From a bacterium (lineage in GTDB: Bacteria; Bacteroidota; Ignavibacteria; UBA10030): 64,000 bases of DNA. This document shows positions 1-8,967 of the stretch, piece by piece. The position numbers and the translations under genes were made by a program. The notes below the pieces were generated by a model. That model did not search any database and was not told the origin of the DNA. It worked only from the letters and a program-made list of their open reading frames with translations. The stretch is from NCBI GenBank assembly GCA_043803945.1, contig JAZDJN010000087.1, forward strand, positions 160,001-224,000, in the 5' to 3' direction. Numbering within the stretch: the first letter of the stretch is position 1; each line of letters starts with the position of its first letter.

Positions 1-2
1 TC

Positions 3-1898
3 ATTCAGGATCCGGGAAATGCACTGACGCTCTATGCTGCAGCCTCGGGAAATCCATGCCGAATCTACAAATCGGTCGACTTCGGCAAGAAATGGTCGCT
101 TGTATCGATCATCGATAACAACATCCTTGGCCTCGGCTTCCACCCTCTCAAAAAATCGCTGCTCTACGCCTATTCAAGTACCTCCAATTACGATTCATCG
201 GATCCGCTGGAGCAGTCCAAATTAAAAGCACCTCTGCTTTACACAAGTGCAGATGGCGGAAAGACATGGACATCAAAGGCCCTTCCTCCATTGTATTCCG
301 TGTCGAAAATTCAATTCGATCCTGTGAATTCATCGACCATCCATGCACTTGCTTCTTCAACCGGGCTTGCGGGAAGTGTCTACCTCAAGAGCACCAATGA
401 CGGCGAGACGTGGAATGTGACTGTGATTCTCAACGAACAGTCGTACGCTTCAGCAATGGATGTTGATCCTGATGATCCCAACCACATCATCATCGGAGCA
501 TACAGTTACTCATTCACCACAACAACCAATGTCCTCTATGAAAGCACAGATGGCGGGAGCCATTTCTCTCCGATCACTTTGAAAAACAGATCGATCTCTC
601 CTCCCAATGATATTATGTTCGGCCCCAAGGGCTCCAGGTTGGTATTCTTTTCGATGTATGGAGGAATCTATAAAAGTACCGACCGTGGAAAGAACTGGGA
701 GAAGAACAAGGGAACCATCGATCTGGCACAACGGATATGGATGAATCCTACAAATGCAAATCACATGGTTGGGACACAGTATCGCGGCTTAATGCAAAGC
801 GAAGATGGCGGCGTAACGTGGAAAACGGCTCCTGGAAAATTACTGGGTAATGTTTCCGACGGACTGATTGTCGGAGCGGGAACCAAGCCGGAAATTCTCA
901 TCACCACTTCGGCAGGGATTTTCCGAACAGCGGATTATGGAAAGAGCTGGAAGGCAAGCCATAAGGGAATTGTTGCCACTCAGGTGATGTCGCTGCGTGT
1001 CGCGCCTTCGTCAACTTCTACACTGTTTGCTGCTCTGATGTCAAATGCTGTATATAAGACAAAAGCCGCTGCGGCTGGAACTGTCGGCTGGGAGCAGTTG
1101 CCGGTATTTTATACCTGTGTCAACATCAACGACATCCTCATCGACGAGAAGGACCCGAATAAAATTCTGGCCCTCGAAGGGGGCGGCTGAGGAAACTCAG
1201 GGCTCTTTATGAGCACAAGTGGCGGCGCCACTTGGAAAGAGATTGATAAAACGATGGACGATGGTTATGCACTGGCCCATGGTTCTTTCTATGCTGTGGG
1301 ATGTATGCTCGACGCAGCAACGCAGTCGAGAAAGATGGTTATCTATAAGAGTGTTGATGATGGAAAAACCTGGAAGAAGAATACGCTGGGCGACAAAGAA
1401 GGTTACCTGAAAGCCATTGCTGTGCATCCATCCGACAAGAACATTCTCCTTGCCGGCGGGCAATGCACGGTGCGCGATGGTATTCAGAGCAAGTTGTATA
1501 AAAGTACCAATGCCGGGGAAACCTGGAATGAGATACTTGCCATGGAAATTTCAAAGAACTCTATCACCGCGCTGCAGTATGATCCATTAAAGCCGGAGCG
1601 TGTACTCGCTGCAACACGAACCGGACTGTTCCTCAGCGAAGATGGGGCATCGTCATGGTCGAAGGCGAAGGAGAATATCGCTGTAACATCGTTGGTGGCC
1701 GATGCCAAAAAGCCCGGGCGCTTCTTTGCCGGAACACCAAAAGGTGTGCTGGCCAGCGAGGATGGCGGAAAATCCTGGAGCGAAATGAATAAGGGCTTGA
1801 CGGTAAAATCTGTGCTGTGCCTGGAGTTTGATTCAAAGAATTCTATTCTCTACGCAGGCACCAGCAATGGCGGCGTGATGAGGATGAATCTGAAGTAA
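3..1898 (+). CDS. BNR/Asp-box repeat beta-propeller protein (WD40/YVTN/YCF48-like), 5'-partial, with in-frame TGA at 1188-1190 (possible selenocysteine/read-through)
   Basis: Frame is open from position 3 (IQDPGNALTLYAA...YKSVDFGKKW...YTSADGGKTW). ORFs 291-1190 and 1209-1898 are in the same frame, separated only by TGA GGA AAC TCA GGG CTC TTT. S-x-D-G-G-x-T-W Asp-boxes occur on both sides. Confidence 0.8.
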
Positions 1899-1953
1899 GC
1901 TTGTCTCATGCTGGGAGGGAGCGGTGCTCCCGACCTGGATTTGTTGCGTTCAT

Positions 1954-2159
1954 ATCTAACCGTTCGCTGATACATGAAATCTATGCGAAGCGAACGGTTA
2001 GATGCAGTTTCCCATCCCCTTGCCTCCATAGCCAGATTTAATTACTTTTGGCTTACTACATTTTCTGAACTGTTCGGTTTATTCAGAAGTCCGTCTTTTT
2101 ACAAAGATTAATCACTGGCAAAAGACGGACTTCTCCACACACAACGTAGCGAACGGTTA
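1954..2159. repeat. Cluster of intergenic inverted repeats (REP/REPIN-like)
   Basis: 15-bp IR ATCTAACCGTTCGCT (1954-1968)/AGCGAACGGTTAGAT (1989-2003). 15-bp IR AGAAGTCCGTCTTTT (2085-2099)/AAAAGACGGACTTCT (2120-2134). Extra AGCGAACGGTTA arm at 2148-2159. Confidence 0.7.
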
Positions 2160-2192
2160 AACGCATTCACAAACCAGCAGATTACTCGATCT

Positions 2193-2735
2193 ATGCCAAT
2201 ACGTAGAAGTGCCGCTATCGTTCTCTTCCTTCTTCTTATAACTATCGGAGCTTTTGGACAGCAACCGGATTCCTCAAGTATGGTTCGCTCCTGGCTCGTT
2301 CTTCAAACCGTACCGAGCATAACCCTCTTTTCAAATCCATCGGATATACCGTTTGCATTCGAGTGGGAAGCGGCTCCCCTGCTCTACTCCTTTGGTATGA
2401 CGAAATTGATCTCACCCTGGCATGTATTTATCGTGATGCCCCCGGCACGATTTTCCGGTTCCATTGAACTAAAGGTCACCGGAGCTTTTCATACGCGAAA
2501 AATAGGCTCTTCGTACTTCGGCAGCTCGGTGCAGCTCATCGGACACATCCCGTTGATGGAGCGGGGCGAATATCTCGGAATGAATATCGGTGTCGCCAAA
2601 TACGCTTATGCCGGATCGTCACCCTTCTTCACTGTCATTGGTGTCTCTACGCTCTTTGGATTTGCGGAGTTCAACCTCAAACATAGCACCGATCCGGCAC
2701 TGTGGGTGGGTTCGCTGGATCTTCGTTTCTTTTAA
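2193..2735 (+). CDS. Hypothetical exported protein, possibly a small outer-membrane beta-barrel
   Basis: Signal peptide (AIVLFLLLITIGAFG), alternating amphipathic strands, C-terminal Phe. Confidence 0.6.
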   Translation: MPIRRSAAIVLFLLLITIGAFGQQPDSSSMVRSWLVLQTVPSITLFSNPSDIPFAFEWEAAPLLYSFGMTKLISPWHVFIVMPPARFSGSIELKVTGAFHTRKIGSSYFGSSVQLIGHIPLMERGEYLGMNIGVAKYAYAGSSPFFTVIGVSTLFGFAEFNLKHSTDPALWVGSLDLRFF

Positions 2736-2808
2736 TGGAGAAGATCACTGGTGACATTCTTGCAAAGCCTTCACCACAAAGGGCACTGAGAACACAAAGA
2801 ACATAGAG

Positions 2809-3891
2809 ATGTTTATAAATCCCAAGTTTAAATATCCATTATCTAATCGACGTTCCCCTTTCGCAGTTTGGCGTGCTTGCCCGCCTGCCAATGTGATTTC
2901 TTTTCGACGGGCAGGGCGATTAGAAAATTCGCGAAGGCTTTTCATCGTAAGTAACAGATATGCCATTCGGATATTACTCATTCCTCTCATACTGTTCTCT
3001 CTCTCATTTCAGGGATGCGATTCAATAGCGGGCCGTTTCTTCTCACGCACAGTTGAACGCTTTGGCGAACCTACGCTCGCTATCTCCCACAAAAACTCAA
3101 ATCCAATTCTCTCCAATGTTGAGCTCGCTGTCCTGTGGATCGGACACTCAACCATGCTCATCCAGATACACGATAAAATTTTTCTCACCGATCCTGTCTT
3201 CACGCACACCATTGGCCTCATCTCGGGACGGCAGGTGGAACCCGGCCTCGATCCGGCTTCGCTGACAAAAGTTGATTATGTTTTGATCTCCCATCTCCAT
3301 TTCGACCACTTCAACTTTGGCAGCCTGGACATGCTTCCGAAGCAGGGGTGTCTGGTACTTCCGCCGGGCGGTGCAGCTTATTCACCGGAATTCCATTTTG
3401 CAGAAACGATCGAACTGGAGCAGTGGAAACCGTACGAAGCAGATGGTGTCCGTATCACCGCCGTTCCGGTAAAACACTTCAGCGGACGGTACGGGTTTGA
3501 TGCATGGTGGTCTGGAGACCGCGGTTACACCGGATATATAATCGAATACAAAGGCAAAACCGTTTTCATCGGCGGCGATACAGCGTATAACTCGACCTTG
3601 TTCAAAACGATCGGATCACGCTATACTATCGATCTCGCGTGTCTCCCAATCGCACCGATCGAACCGCGGCAATATATGCAGCGCTTCCACACCGATCCGA
3701 ATGAAGCAATTCGCGTGATGGAGGATCTGGGGGCAAAAGTGATGGTCCCTATACACCATCGCACACTCTTCCTCGGCCTCGAAGCGAAAGAAACATCCGC
3801 ACAGGAACTGCTTCAAACACTGATTCAGCAAAAACGGTATCAAAAGCGAATAAGGATCCTCGACATTGGAGAACAGATCATTCTTGAATAG
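2809..3891 (+). CDS. MBL-fold metallo-hydrolase lipoprotein (NAPE-PLD/RomA-like); true start uncertain, probably near 2947
   Basis: WIGHST, LTDPVF, SHLHFDH, H-FSGR, GDT and PIHH motifs; lipobox FQG-C. Confidence 0.85.
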   Translation: MFINPKFKYPLSNRRSPFAVWRACPPANVISFRRAGRLENSRRLFIVSNRYAIRILLIPLILFSLSFQGCDSIAGRFFSRTVERFGEPTLAISHKNSNPILSNVELAVLWIGHSTMLIQIHDKIFLTDPVFTHTIGLISGRQVEPGLDPASLTKVDYVLISHLHFDHFNFGSLDMLPKQGCLVLPPGGAAYSPEFHFAETIELEQWKPYEADGVRITAVPVKHFSGRYGFDAWWSGDRGYTGYIIEYKGKTVFIGGDTAYNSTLFKTIGSRYTIDLACLPIAPIEPRQYMQRFHTDPNEAIRVMEDLGAKVMVPIHHRTLFLGLEAKETSAQELLQTLIQQKRYQKRIRILDIGEQIILE

Positions 3892-4831
3892 TAAGAGAGT
3901 TGTCGTACTTCCATCTTTCCTCCTGCTCATTTTGCTATTACTATCAGGCTGTGGGCCGCTCAACACAGGTTTAATGAGCCGCTTTCTGGATGGCATGTTC
4001 AACTCGGCTCAGATGGTCAAGCCAACGGTCACTCAACCAATTCTCCCGACGGTCGGCCTGTCTGCTCTCTGGATCGGGCACTCCAGTGTGCTGGTTCAGA
4101 TTGAGGACAAAGTGTTTCTCACCGACCCTGTCTTCTCCAATACCATTGGAATGCTGGCACCACGGGCATACAGCGCAGGCCTCGACCCGCGCTCCATCTC
4201 CAAGGTGGACGTTGTCCTGATCTCACACCTTCATATGGATCACTTTGCGTTTGGAAGCATCGATCAACTTCCAAAACATGGAATGCTCGTGCTGCCTCCG
4301 GGCGGTTCTGTGTACTCGCCTGATTTCGGTTTCAAAGAAACTGTTGAATTAAAGACATGGACTGTGTATGAACAGGATGGTATTCGCATTACAGCCGTGC
4401 CGGTCATGCATTTCAGCGGGCGATATGGATTCGATTCACAGTGGCAAAGCGAACCGGGGTATGGAGGCTACGTTGTAGAATATAAGGGTAGATCGTTCTT
4501 TTATCCCGGCGATACCGGCTACCGCCAAAATTTCTTTCAGGAAATCGGTGAGCGATTCAGAATTGATCTCGCAATTCTTCCGATCGGTCCAGCCGGATCT
4601 GCTGATCGGATTGCATCACGGATTCATGCGGGGCCGCTTGGCGCATTGGAAATTCTCAAGGAGGTCAAAGGAAAGTATATGATTCCGGTACACTATATGG
4701 CTTTCTTTCAGGGGTTTGAGGCAACGCCTACCCGACCAAGAGAGGTTCTTGATAAAACCGTGAAGGAGCGGGGCATGCAGGAGCGTGTCTTCATCCTGGA
4801 GATTGGAGAGCAAAAAATAATAATACCATAA
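3884..4831 (+). CDS. MBL-fold metallo-hydrolase lipoprotein, tandem paralog
   Basis: WIGHSS, LTDPVF, SHLHMDH, HFSGR, GDTGY and PVHY motifs; lipobox LSG-C; TTG start at 3884 with GGAGA upstream. Confidence 0.85.
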   Translation: MNSKRVVVLPSFLLLILLLLSGCGPLNTGLMSRFLDGMFNSAQMVKPTVTQPILPTVGLSALWIGHSSVLVQIEDKVFLTDPVFSNTIGMLAPRAYSAGLDPRSISKVDVVLISHLHMDHFAFGSIDQLPKHGMLVLPPGGSVYSPDFGFKETVELKTWTVYEQDGIRITAVPVMHFSGRYGFDSQWQSEPGYGGYVVEYKGRSFFYPGDTGYRQNFFQEIGERFRIDLAILPIGPAGSADRIASRIHAGPLGALEILKEVKGKYMIPVHYMAFFQGFEATPTRPREVLDKTVKERGMQERVFILEIGEQKIIIP

Positions 4832-4886
4832 TAAGCTGAAATGAAAGAGTAGAAAGGGACAAGAATACGTACACTATGCAGAGAAT

Positions 4887-4956
4887 GCCCCGTAAGGGGC
4901 AGAATGTTTATAGCTTAACCAAATAACGATGAATGATCTCCGTTAGGAGCGAAATA
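4887..4956. repeat. REP-like short palindrome doublet
   Basis: GCCCCGTAAGGGGC (4887-4900) and CTCCGTTAGGAG (4938-4949); related GCCCCACTAAGGGC at 7911. Confidence 0.5.
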
Positions 4957-4970
4957 CTTAAAAGGAAAAT

Positions 4971-5927
4971 TTGGCCATGCAAATATGCATGAGAATGTCT
5001 TCAACAATTATCGCGTTAAGTCTCTTCATACTGTTTACAGTACCGGCAACAGAATCGTTTTCTAAGGAGACTCGAGATCGAACATTGCAGCGTAAACTCG
5101 AGCAGCTTGTGAAGGGATTCAGGGGAGATGTTGGAATATACGTTCGGAATTTGAAGACCGGAAAAAGTGCCGCCATCAATGCCGACTCCCTTTTCCCGGC
5201 AGCAAGCCTTGTGAAGATACCAATTCTTTTTTCTCTCTTCGAGAAAATCGAAAACGGAGAACTGCAGTATGGAGCAACATTGGTATACCGTGATTCTCTT
5301 CTTTATCCTGGAGACGATATTCTCGGAGCATTCAAGGATACAGCAACAATCACCTTGAGCAAGGTGGTAATGTTGACGCTCACAACCAGCGATAATACGG
5401 CGAGCCTCTGGCTGCAGCAACTGGCTGGAACCGGGCTTGCCATCAATGCGTGGCTGGAGAAAAATAATTTCCGCCAGTCGCGTGTGAATTCAAGAACACC
5501 CGGACGGGAAGAGAACCGCAGACAATATGGCTGGGGACAGACCACACCGCGTGAAATGGCGGAGATGCTGGTAATGATTCGCCAGGGACGGGCTATCAGT
5601 AAAGCGGCGAGTGATGAGATGTACCGCTGCCTTTCCCGAACCTATTGGGACCAGGAGGCCTGTTCAGAAATACCTCCGTACATCCATGTTACATCGAAAC
5701 AGGGTGCTGTTGATCAATCGCGGTCAGAAGTTCTTCTTGTTAGTGCACCCTCAGGAGATTATGTGTTTTCTGTTATCACAAAGAACCAGCAGCATACAAG
5801 CTGGAAGGAGGACAACGAAGGATTTGTGTTGTTGCGAAGTGTCTCGAAGCTGCTCTGGAAATACTACGAGCCAAAATCGAAGTGGAAACCCGCAGAGGGG
5901 AAAGAGAAGTACGGGAAAGAATATTAA
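4971..5927 (+). CDS. Serine hydrolase, class A beta-lactamase-like fold (Beta-lactamase2 family)
   Basis: FPAASLVK (SxxK), SDN, TTPREM, KQG (KTG equivalent); signal peptide. Confidence 0.85.
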   Translation: MAMQICMRMSSTIIALSLFILFTVPATESFSKETRDRTLQRKLEQLVKGFRGDVGIYVRNLKTGKSAAINADSLFPAASLVKIPILFSLFEKIENGELQYGATLVYRDSLLYPGDDILGAFKDTATITLSKVVMLTLTTSDNTASLWLQQLAGTGLAINAWLEKNNFRQSRVNSRTPGREENRRQYGWGQTTPREMAEMLVMIRQGRAISKAASDEMYRCLSRTYWDQEACSEIPPYIHVTSKQGAVDQSRSEVLLVSAPSGDYVFSVITKNQQHTSWKEDNEGFVLLRSVSKLLWKYYEPKSKWKPAEGKEKYGKEY

Positions 5928-5974
5928 GGAAGAACATTAGCCGCCGAGACGCCAAGGATATGGTGGGTGTTTTA

Positions 5975-6421
5975 CTAGTACTGCCTAAACTTTGTTTTTG
6001 AGATCCCGCTGAGAGAAAAAAAATAGGATTTCAATGTGGCGATAAATCCAACTGAAAGGGCACAGGTCACAACGATAACCTGGATGATAACTCCGGTAGA
6101 GTTCTCTAATTGCTGAGCATACCACATCAATGCAGTTACGAGAACCATTGGAATGACAAGCTTTCGTTCAAGTTCCCACTCCAATTTCATAGGTAATTCT
6201 TCCCGTTCCTTCTCAATAGTTTTTATAGATGCGATGAGCTGCTGTGATGGTACAACAATAGGAATACTTTGAAGATCCTGATGAATCCTGAGTATCTCTT
6301 CCTTATAGAGTCCACAGTGGGCACACTCTGCCAGGTGGCTTTCCATTTCAGCGGACAAATCCTCAGAGGATTCTGATGCGAGCAAACGATTCAATTGCTC
6401 TTTAAAATCATCACAGGTCAT
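5975..6421 (-). CDS. Zinc-finger (zf-HC2/ZAS) membrane anti-sigma factor
   Basis: MTC...HLAECAHC motif, two C-terminal TM helices, overlaps the sigma stop (ATGA). Confidence 0.85.
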   Translation of the reverse strand: MTCDDFKEQLNRLLASESSEDLSAEMESHLAECAHCGLYKEEILRIHQDLQSIPIVVPSQQLIASIKTIEKEREELPMKLEWELERKLVIPMVLVTALMWYAQQLENSTGVIIQVIVVTCALSVGFIATLKSYFFSLSGISKTKFRQY

Positions 6422-6942
6422 ACCATTACCTTTCTCTTCATAACCATTGTTCTCAATCGCTCTCGGCCTCGATGAAGTGCTGTACCGACTGTACCCACTG
6501 GAATTTCTAAGATCATAGCAATTTCATTATAATCCATTCCTTCAAGATAGAAGAGCGTAATTGCAGACGCTTCACCATCTGGAAGCCGGGCAATGAGATC
6601 TGCCAGTATTTGTCTCTCCTCTTGTTGGATGAGCAGGGTCTCCGGGGTAGCGTGCTCCAGTGGAAGAGACTCTGTGTCCATGACCTGATTATTCTCAAGG
6701 GAAACAACAGGAAGCACTTTTTTTGCCCTTCTCGACAGGCAAATATTTGTGGTAATTTTCCAGATCCAGGTGGAAAGCTGTGCTTCTTGACGAAAATGAG
6801 GAAGCCCTTGATGGACACGGAGAAAGACATCGAATACCGCTTCTTCAGCGTCCAAACAGTTTCCCAACATTCTTAATGCATGGTTATAAACATGTGTAGA
6901 AAAATCATCCACAATATTTTGAAATTCCCTGGAAGCGAGCAC
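6418..6942 (-). CDS. ECF sigma-70 factor
   Basis: DAEEAVFDVFLRV, LSTWIWKITTN (region 2); YNEIAMILEIPVGTVGTALHRGRERL (region 4). Confidence 0.95.
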   Translation of the reverse strand: MLASREFQNIVDDFSTHVYNHALRMLGNCLDAEEAVFDVFLRVHQGLPHFRQEAQLSTWIWKITTNICLSRRAKKVLPVVSLENNQVMDTESLPLEHATPETLLIQQEERQILADLIARLPDGEASAITLFYLEGMDYNEIAMILEIPVGTVGTALHRGRERLRTMVMKRKVMV

Positions 6943-7008
6943 GAGTTATGTCTCACGTATTATTATTAACGCGAACCCATAGTCTGTTCTGAGCTGTTCC
7001 TCCATGAG

Positions 7009-7070
7009 TTAGACTCATCTAATATAGTATTTCTTTCAAGTGAAAGAAAAATAATCTTGATCGAGTCTAA
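7009..7070. promoter_or_regulatory. Back-to-back divergent ECF-type promoters (TGAAAGAAA-N13-GAGTCTAA on each strand)
   Basis: Minus strand 7038-7009 reads TGAAAGAAAtactatattagatGAGTCTAA; plus strand 7041-7070 reads TGAAAGAAAaataatcttgatcGAGTCTAA. Confidence 0.75.
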
Positions 7071-7098
7071 GTACATACACGAAGAAGGAGATTAATCT

Positions 7099-7461
7099 AT
7101 GGAGCTCTTCGCTCAGACTGCACAAATAACAATATTCACAGTTGCTATAACGCTTGCCACAATTTGGGAATATTCGAAACGTGAGCGTATACACAAGGAA
7201 AAAATGCTCTATCTATCGAAACTCACCGAATTGCCTGAAATACTGCCAGATATTGATCTTCCTAAAATATTAATCACAGGCCTCGTAGCGCTTTTTGCGT
7301 TTGCCGGCGGCATTAGTGTTATTGTCATGATGGTTGTGTTCATGTTGTCGACAACGTTCATTGCACTCTATATTGCATGTTCATTATTTATGATTTCACT
7401 CTTTCTTATGCTGATTGTACTCCGGGATTATCAGCTTTACTTAAAAGAACGAAAAGGGTAG
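7099..7461 (+). CDS. Small multi-pass membrane protein (DUF6249-like), likely ECF target
   Basis: AGGAG RBS; TM helix, then KRERIHKEK, then two TM helices. Confidence 0.65.
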   Translation: MELFAQTAQITIFTVAITLATIWEYSKRERIHKEKMLYLSKLTELPEILPDIDLPKILITGLVALFAFAGGISVIVMMVVFMLSTTFIALYIACSLFMISLFLMLIVLRDYQLYLKERKG

Positions 7462-7469
7462 GACACAAT

Positions 7470-7853
7470 ATGGTTACTATACTATTATTTGAAGCATTGA
7501 TCGCGGGCTGGATCCTCATGAGGCAAGAACGGCGCCATGCTATGGAAGAACGGTACTACTTAAAACAATTAGGAATGCCGGACCCGTCACCAAAACCAAC
7601 ACTTCTAGTGTTCGAATCCTGGCTGACAGTGACAACCGGGGCTGCGCTTTTTGTTGGAGGTGTCTGGTTATTATCGATTTTCCTGCCTCATCTCGGGAAA
7701 TTTATGAAGATGCCTCATGGAGCAATATCCTTGTTCATGCCGATTCTTTTGGTGGCAGTTGGTTTTGCGCTTCTATTCCTTGGAATAAAATCTCTCCTCA
7801 CCCACAAAAAAGTCCGTGAAGAATCTTTTTCCCATGTTGAACGTTATCCCTGA
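7470..7853 (+). CDS. Small multi-pass membrane protein, similar architecture to the preceding gene
   Basis: ATG at 7470 after AGGA; TM helix, then RQERRHAMEE, a Pro-rich linker and two TM helices. Confidence 0.65.
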   Translation: MVTILLFEALIAGWILMRQERRHAMEERYYLKQLGMPDPSPKPTLLVFESWLTVTTGAALFVGGVWLLSIFLPHLGKFMKMPHGAISLFMPILLVAVGFALLFLGIKSLLTHKKVREESFSHVERYP

Positions 7854-7910
7854 TTTAGAATGGACAATGAAAACCAGAATTATGGAGAATCATTTCTGCA
7901 AGGAGAAAAT

Positions 7911-7987
7911 GCCCCACTAAGGGCAGTATGTACCGCATTGAACCTTCCGAAGGTTTCTAGGATTAATCGCCGATACCTTCGGAAGGT
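7911..7987. repeat. REP-like palindromes (REPIN-like doublet)
   Basis: AACCTTCCGAAGGTT (7941-7955) inverted against ACCTTCGGAAGGT (7975-7987); GCCCCACTAAGGGC at 7911. Confidence 0.6.
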
Positions 7988-8138
7988 CACGTTTTTCTAA
8001 CCGCAGGCGATGCTAAGGATTTTAACACAATCGCATTTTCCATTTTCCTTTTTGCCTTGGTGATTCTACTGTTTTTCTAATGACTTTTTACCTTTCATTG
8101 CGTACCATCGGTAAGTAAGAATTCATCAAGGATCATCT

Positions 8139-8732
8139 ATGCCTCCGATTCTTTCATTTCTCCTTCTCATCGGCGGCACATATTTATACAGCTCCTGGCA
8201 GATGAGAAGATTGAAAGCACAGCTCACCGGGCAGGAATTCCCCAAAGAGTGGCAGCGAAACCTGTTCAATTATGGAGCATTGATTTCCATTGTCCTCGTG
8301 ATCAACGCGGTGAGCTATATGAAGATGCGAGAATTTGACATGACGATGATGATGTACCAAGAGGTCGTAATGCCGGATGGCACCATTGGTGAACCTACGT
8401 CTTCGGGATTGTTCATCGGACAGCTTGAAGTCGTCGGCGGAACACTCTCCCTGCTTGCCCTGGTCTGGGGAACCATCCAGAGAAAGGTGGAGACACTCAA
8501 TCCAAAGGATCAAACATCCACGCTCCAGGTGATGGCTGCCGTAACACAAAGTCTGCTTGCGCCATTTTGGCTTGCAACTCTCGGCATCGGATCACTGTTC
8601 GGTATCTCTTCTGGTTTCGGATTGAGGGATATTATCCGCCACGCTGAGCTTATCATGGGCCCTCCTCTCATCATGGCACTTGAACTCACCGCTATTTGGG
8701 CATTTCTGAAATTCGGTGTTACACGGGAATAG
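8139..8732 (+). CDS. Hypothetical integral membrane protein
   Basis: About 5 hydrophobic helices; AAGGA RBS. Confidence 0.65.
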   Translation: MPPILSFLLLIGGTYLYSSWQMRRLKAQLTGQEFPKEWQRNLFNYGALISIVLVINAVSYMKMREFDMTMMMYQEVVMPDGTIGEPTSSGLFIGQLEVVGGTLSLLALVWGTIQRKVETLNPKDQTSTLQVMAAVTQSLLAPFWLATLGIGSLFGISSGFGLRDIIRHAELIMGPPLIMALELTAIWAFLKFGVTRE

Positions 8733-8967
8733 AATTTACATTAGCCTTGTGGTACGGTTGGACCGTGCCACCGTACACAAGAGTGTTTATCCACTTCCAT
8801 ATAAATCAACAAAAACAGGCTTCTGACTCTCCGGATTCGCAATTAGTGGCTTGCGCTTCATTCAGCTATTTTGTTTCTTTACTACTACTGCATCCTTCAC
8901 CGAGCATCTTATGAGGGCAAATCCTCATGAGATGACTCCATCTCTCAAACTGTAAGAGGTTATCCTT

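Noticed and set aside
2809-5927. Antibiotic-resistance cluster (two MBL folds plus a class A-like protein)
   Set aside because: The MBL proteins have NAPE-PLD/RomA-type motifs, not class B lactamase motifs. The serine hydrolase has KQG and no recognisable canonical omega loop. No mobile context.
6946-7005. 19-codon ORF upstream of the ECF sigma (minus strand)
   Set aside because: Short, without an RBS or distinctive sequence; cannot be supported.
8895-8967. c-di-GMP-I riboswitch suggested by GGCAAA
   Set aside because: The GAAA tetraloop/receptor and the second stem of that family are absent.
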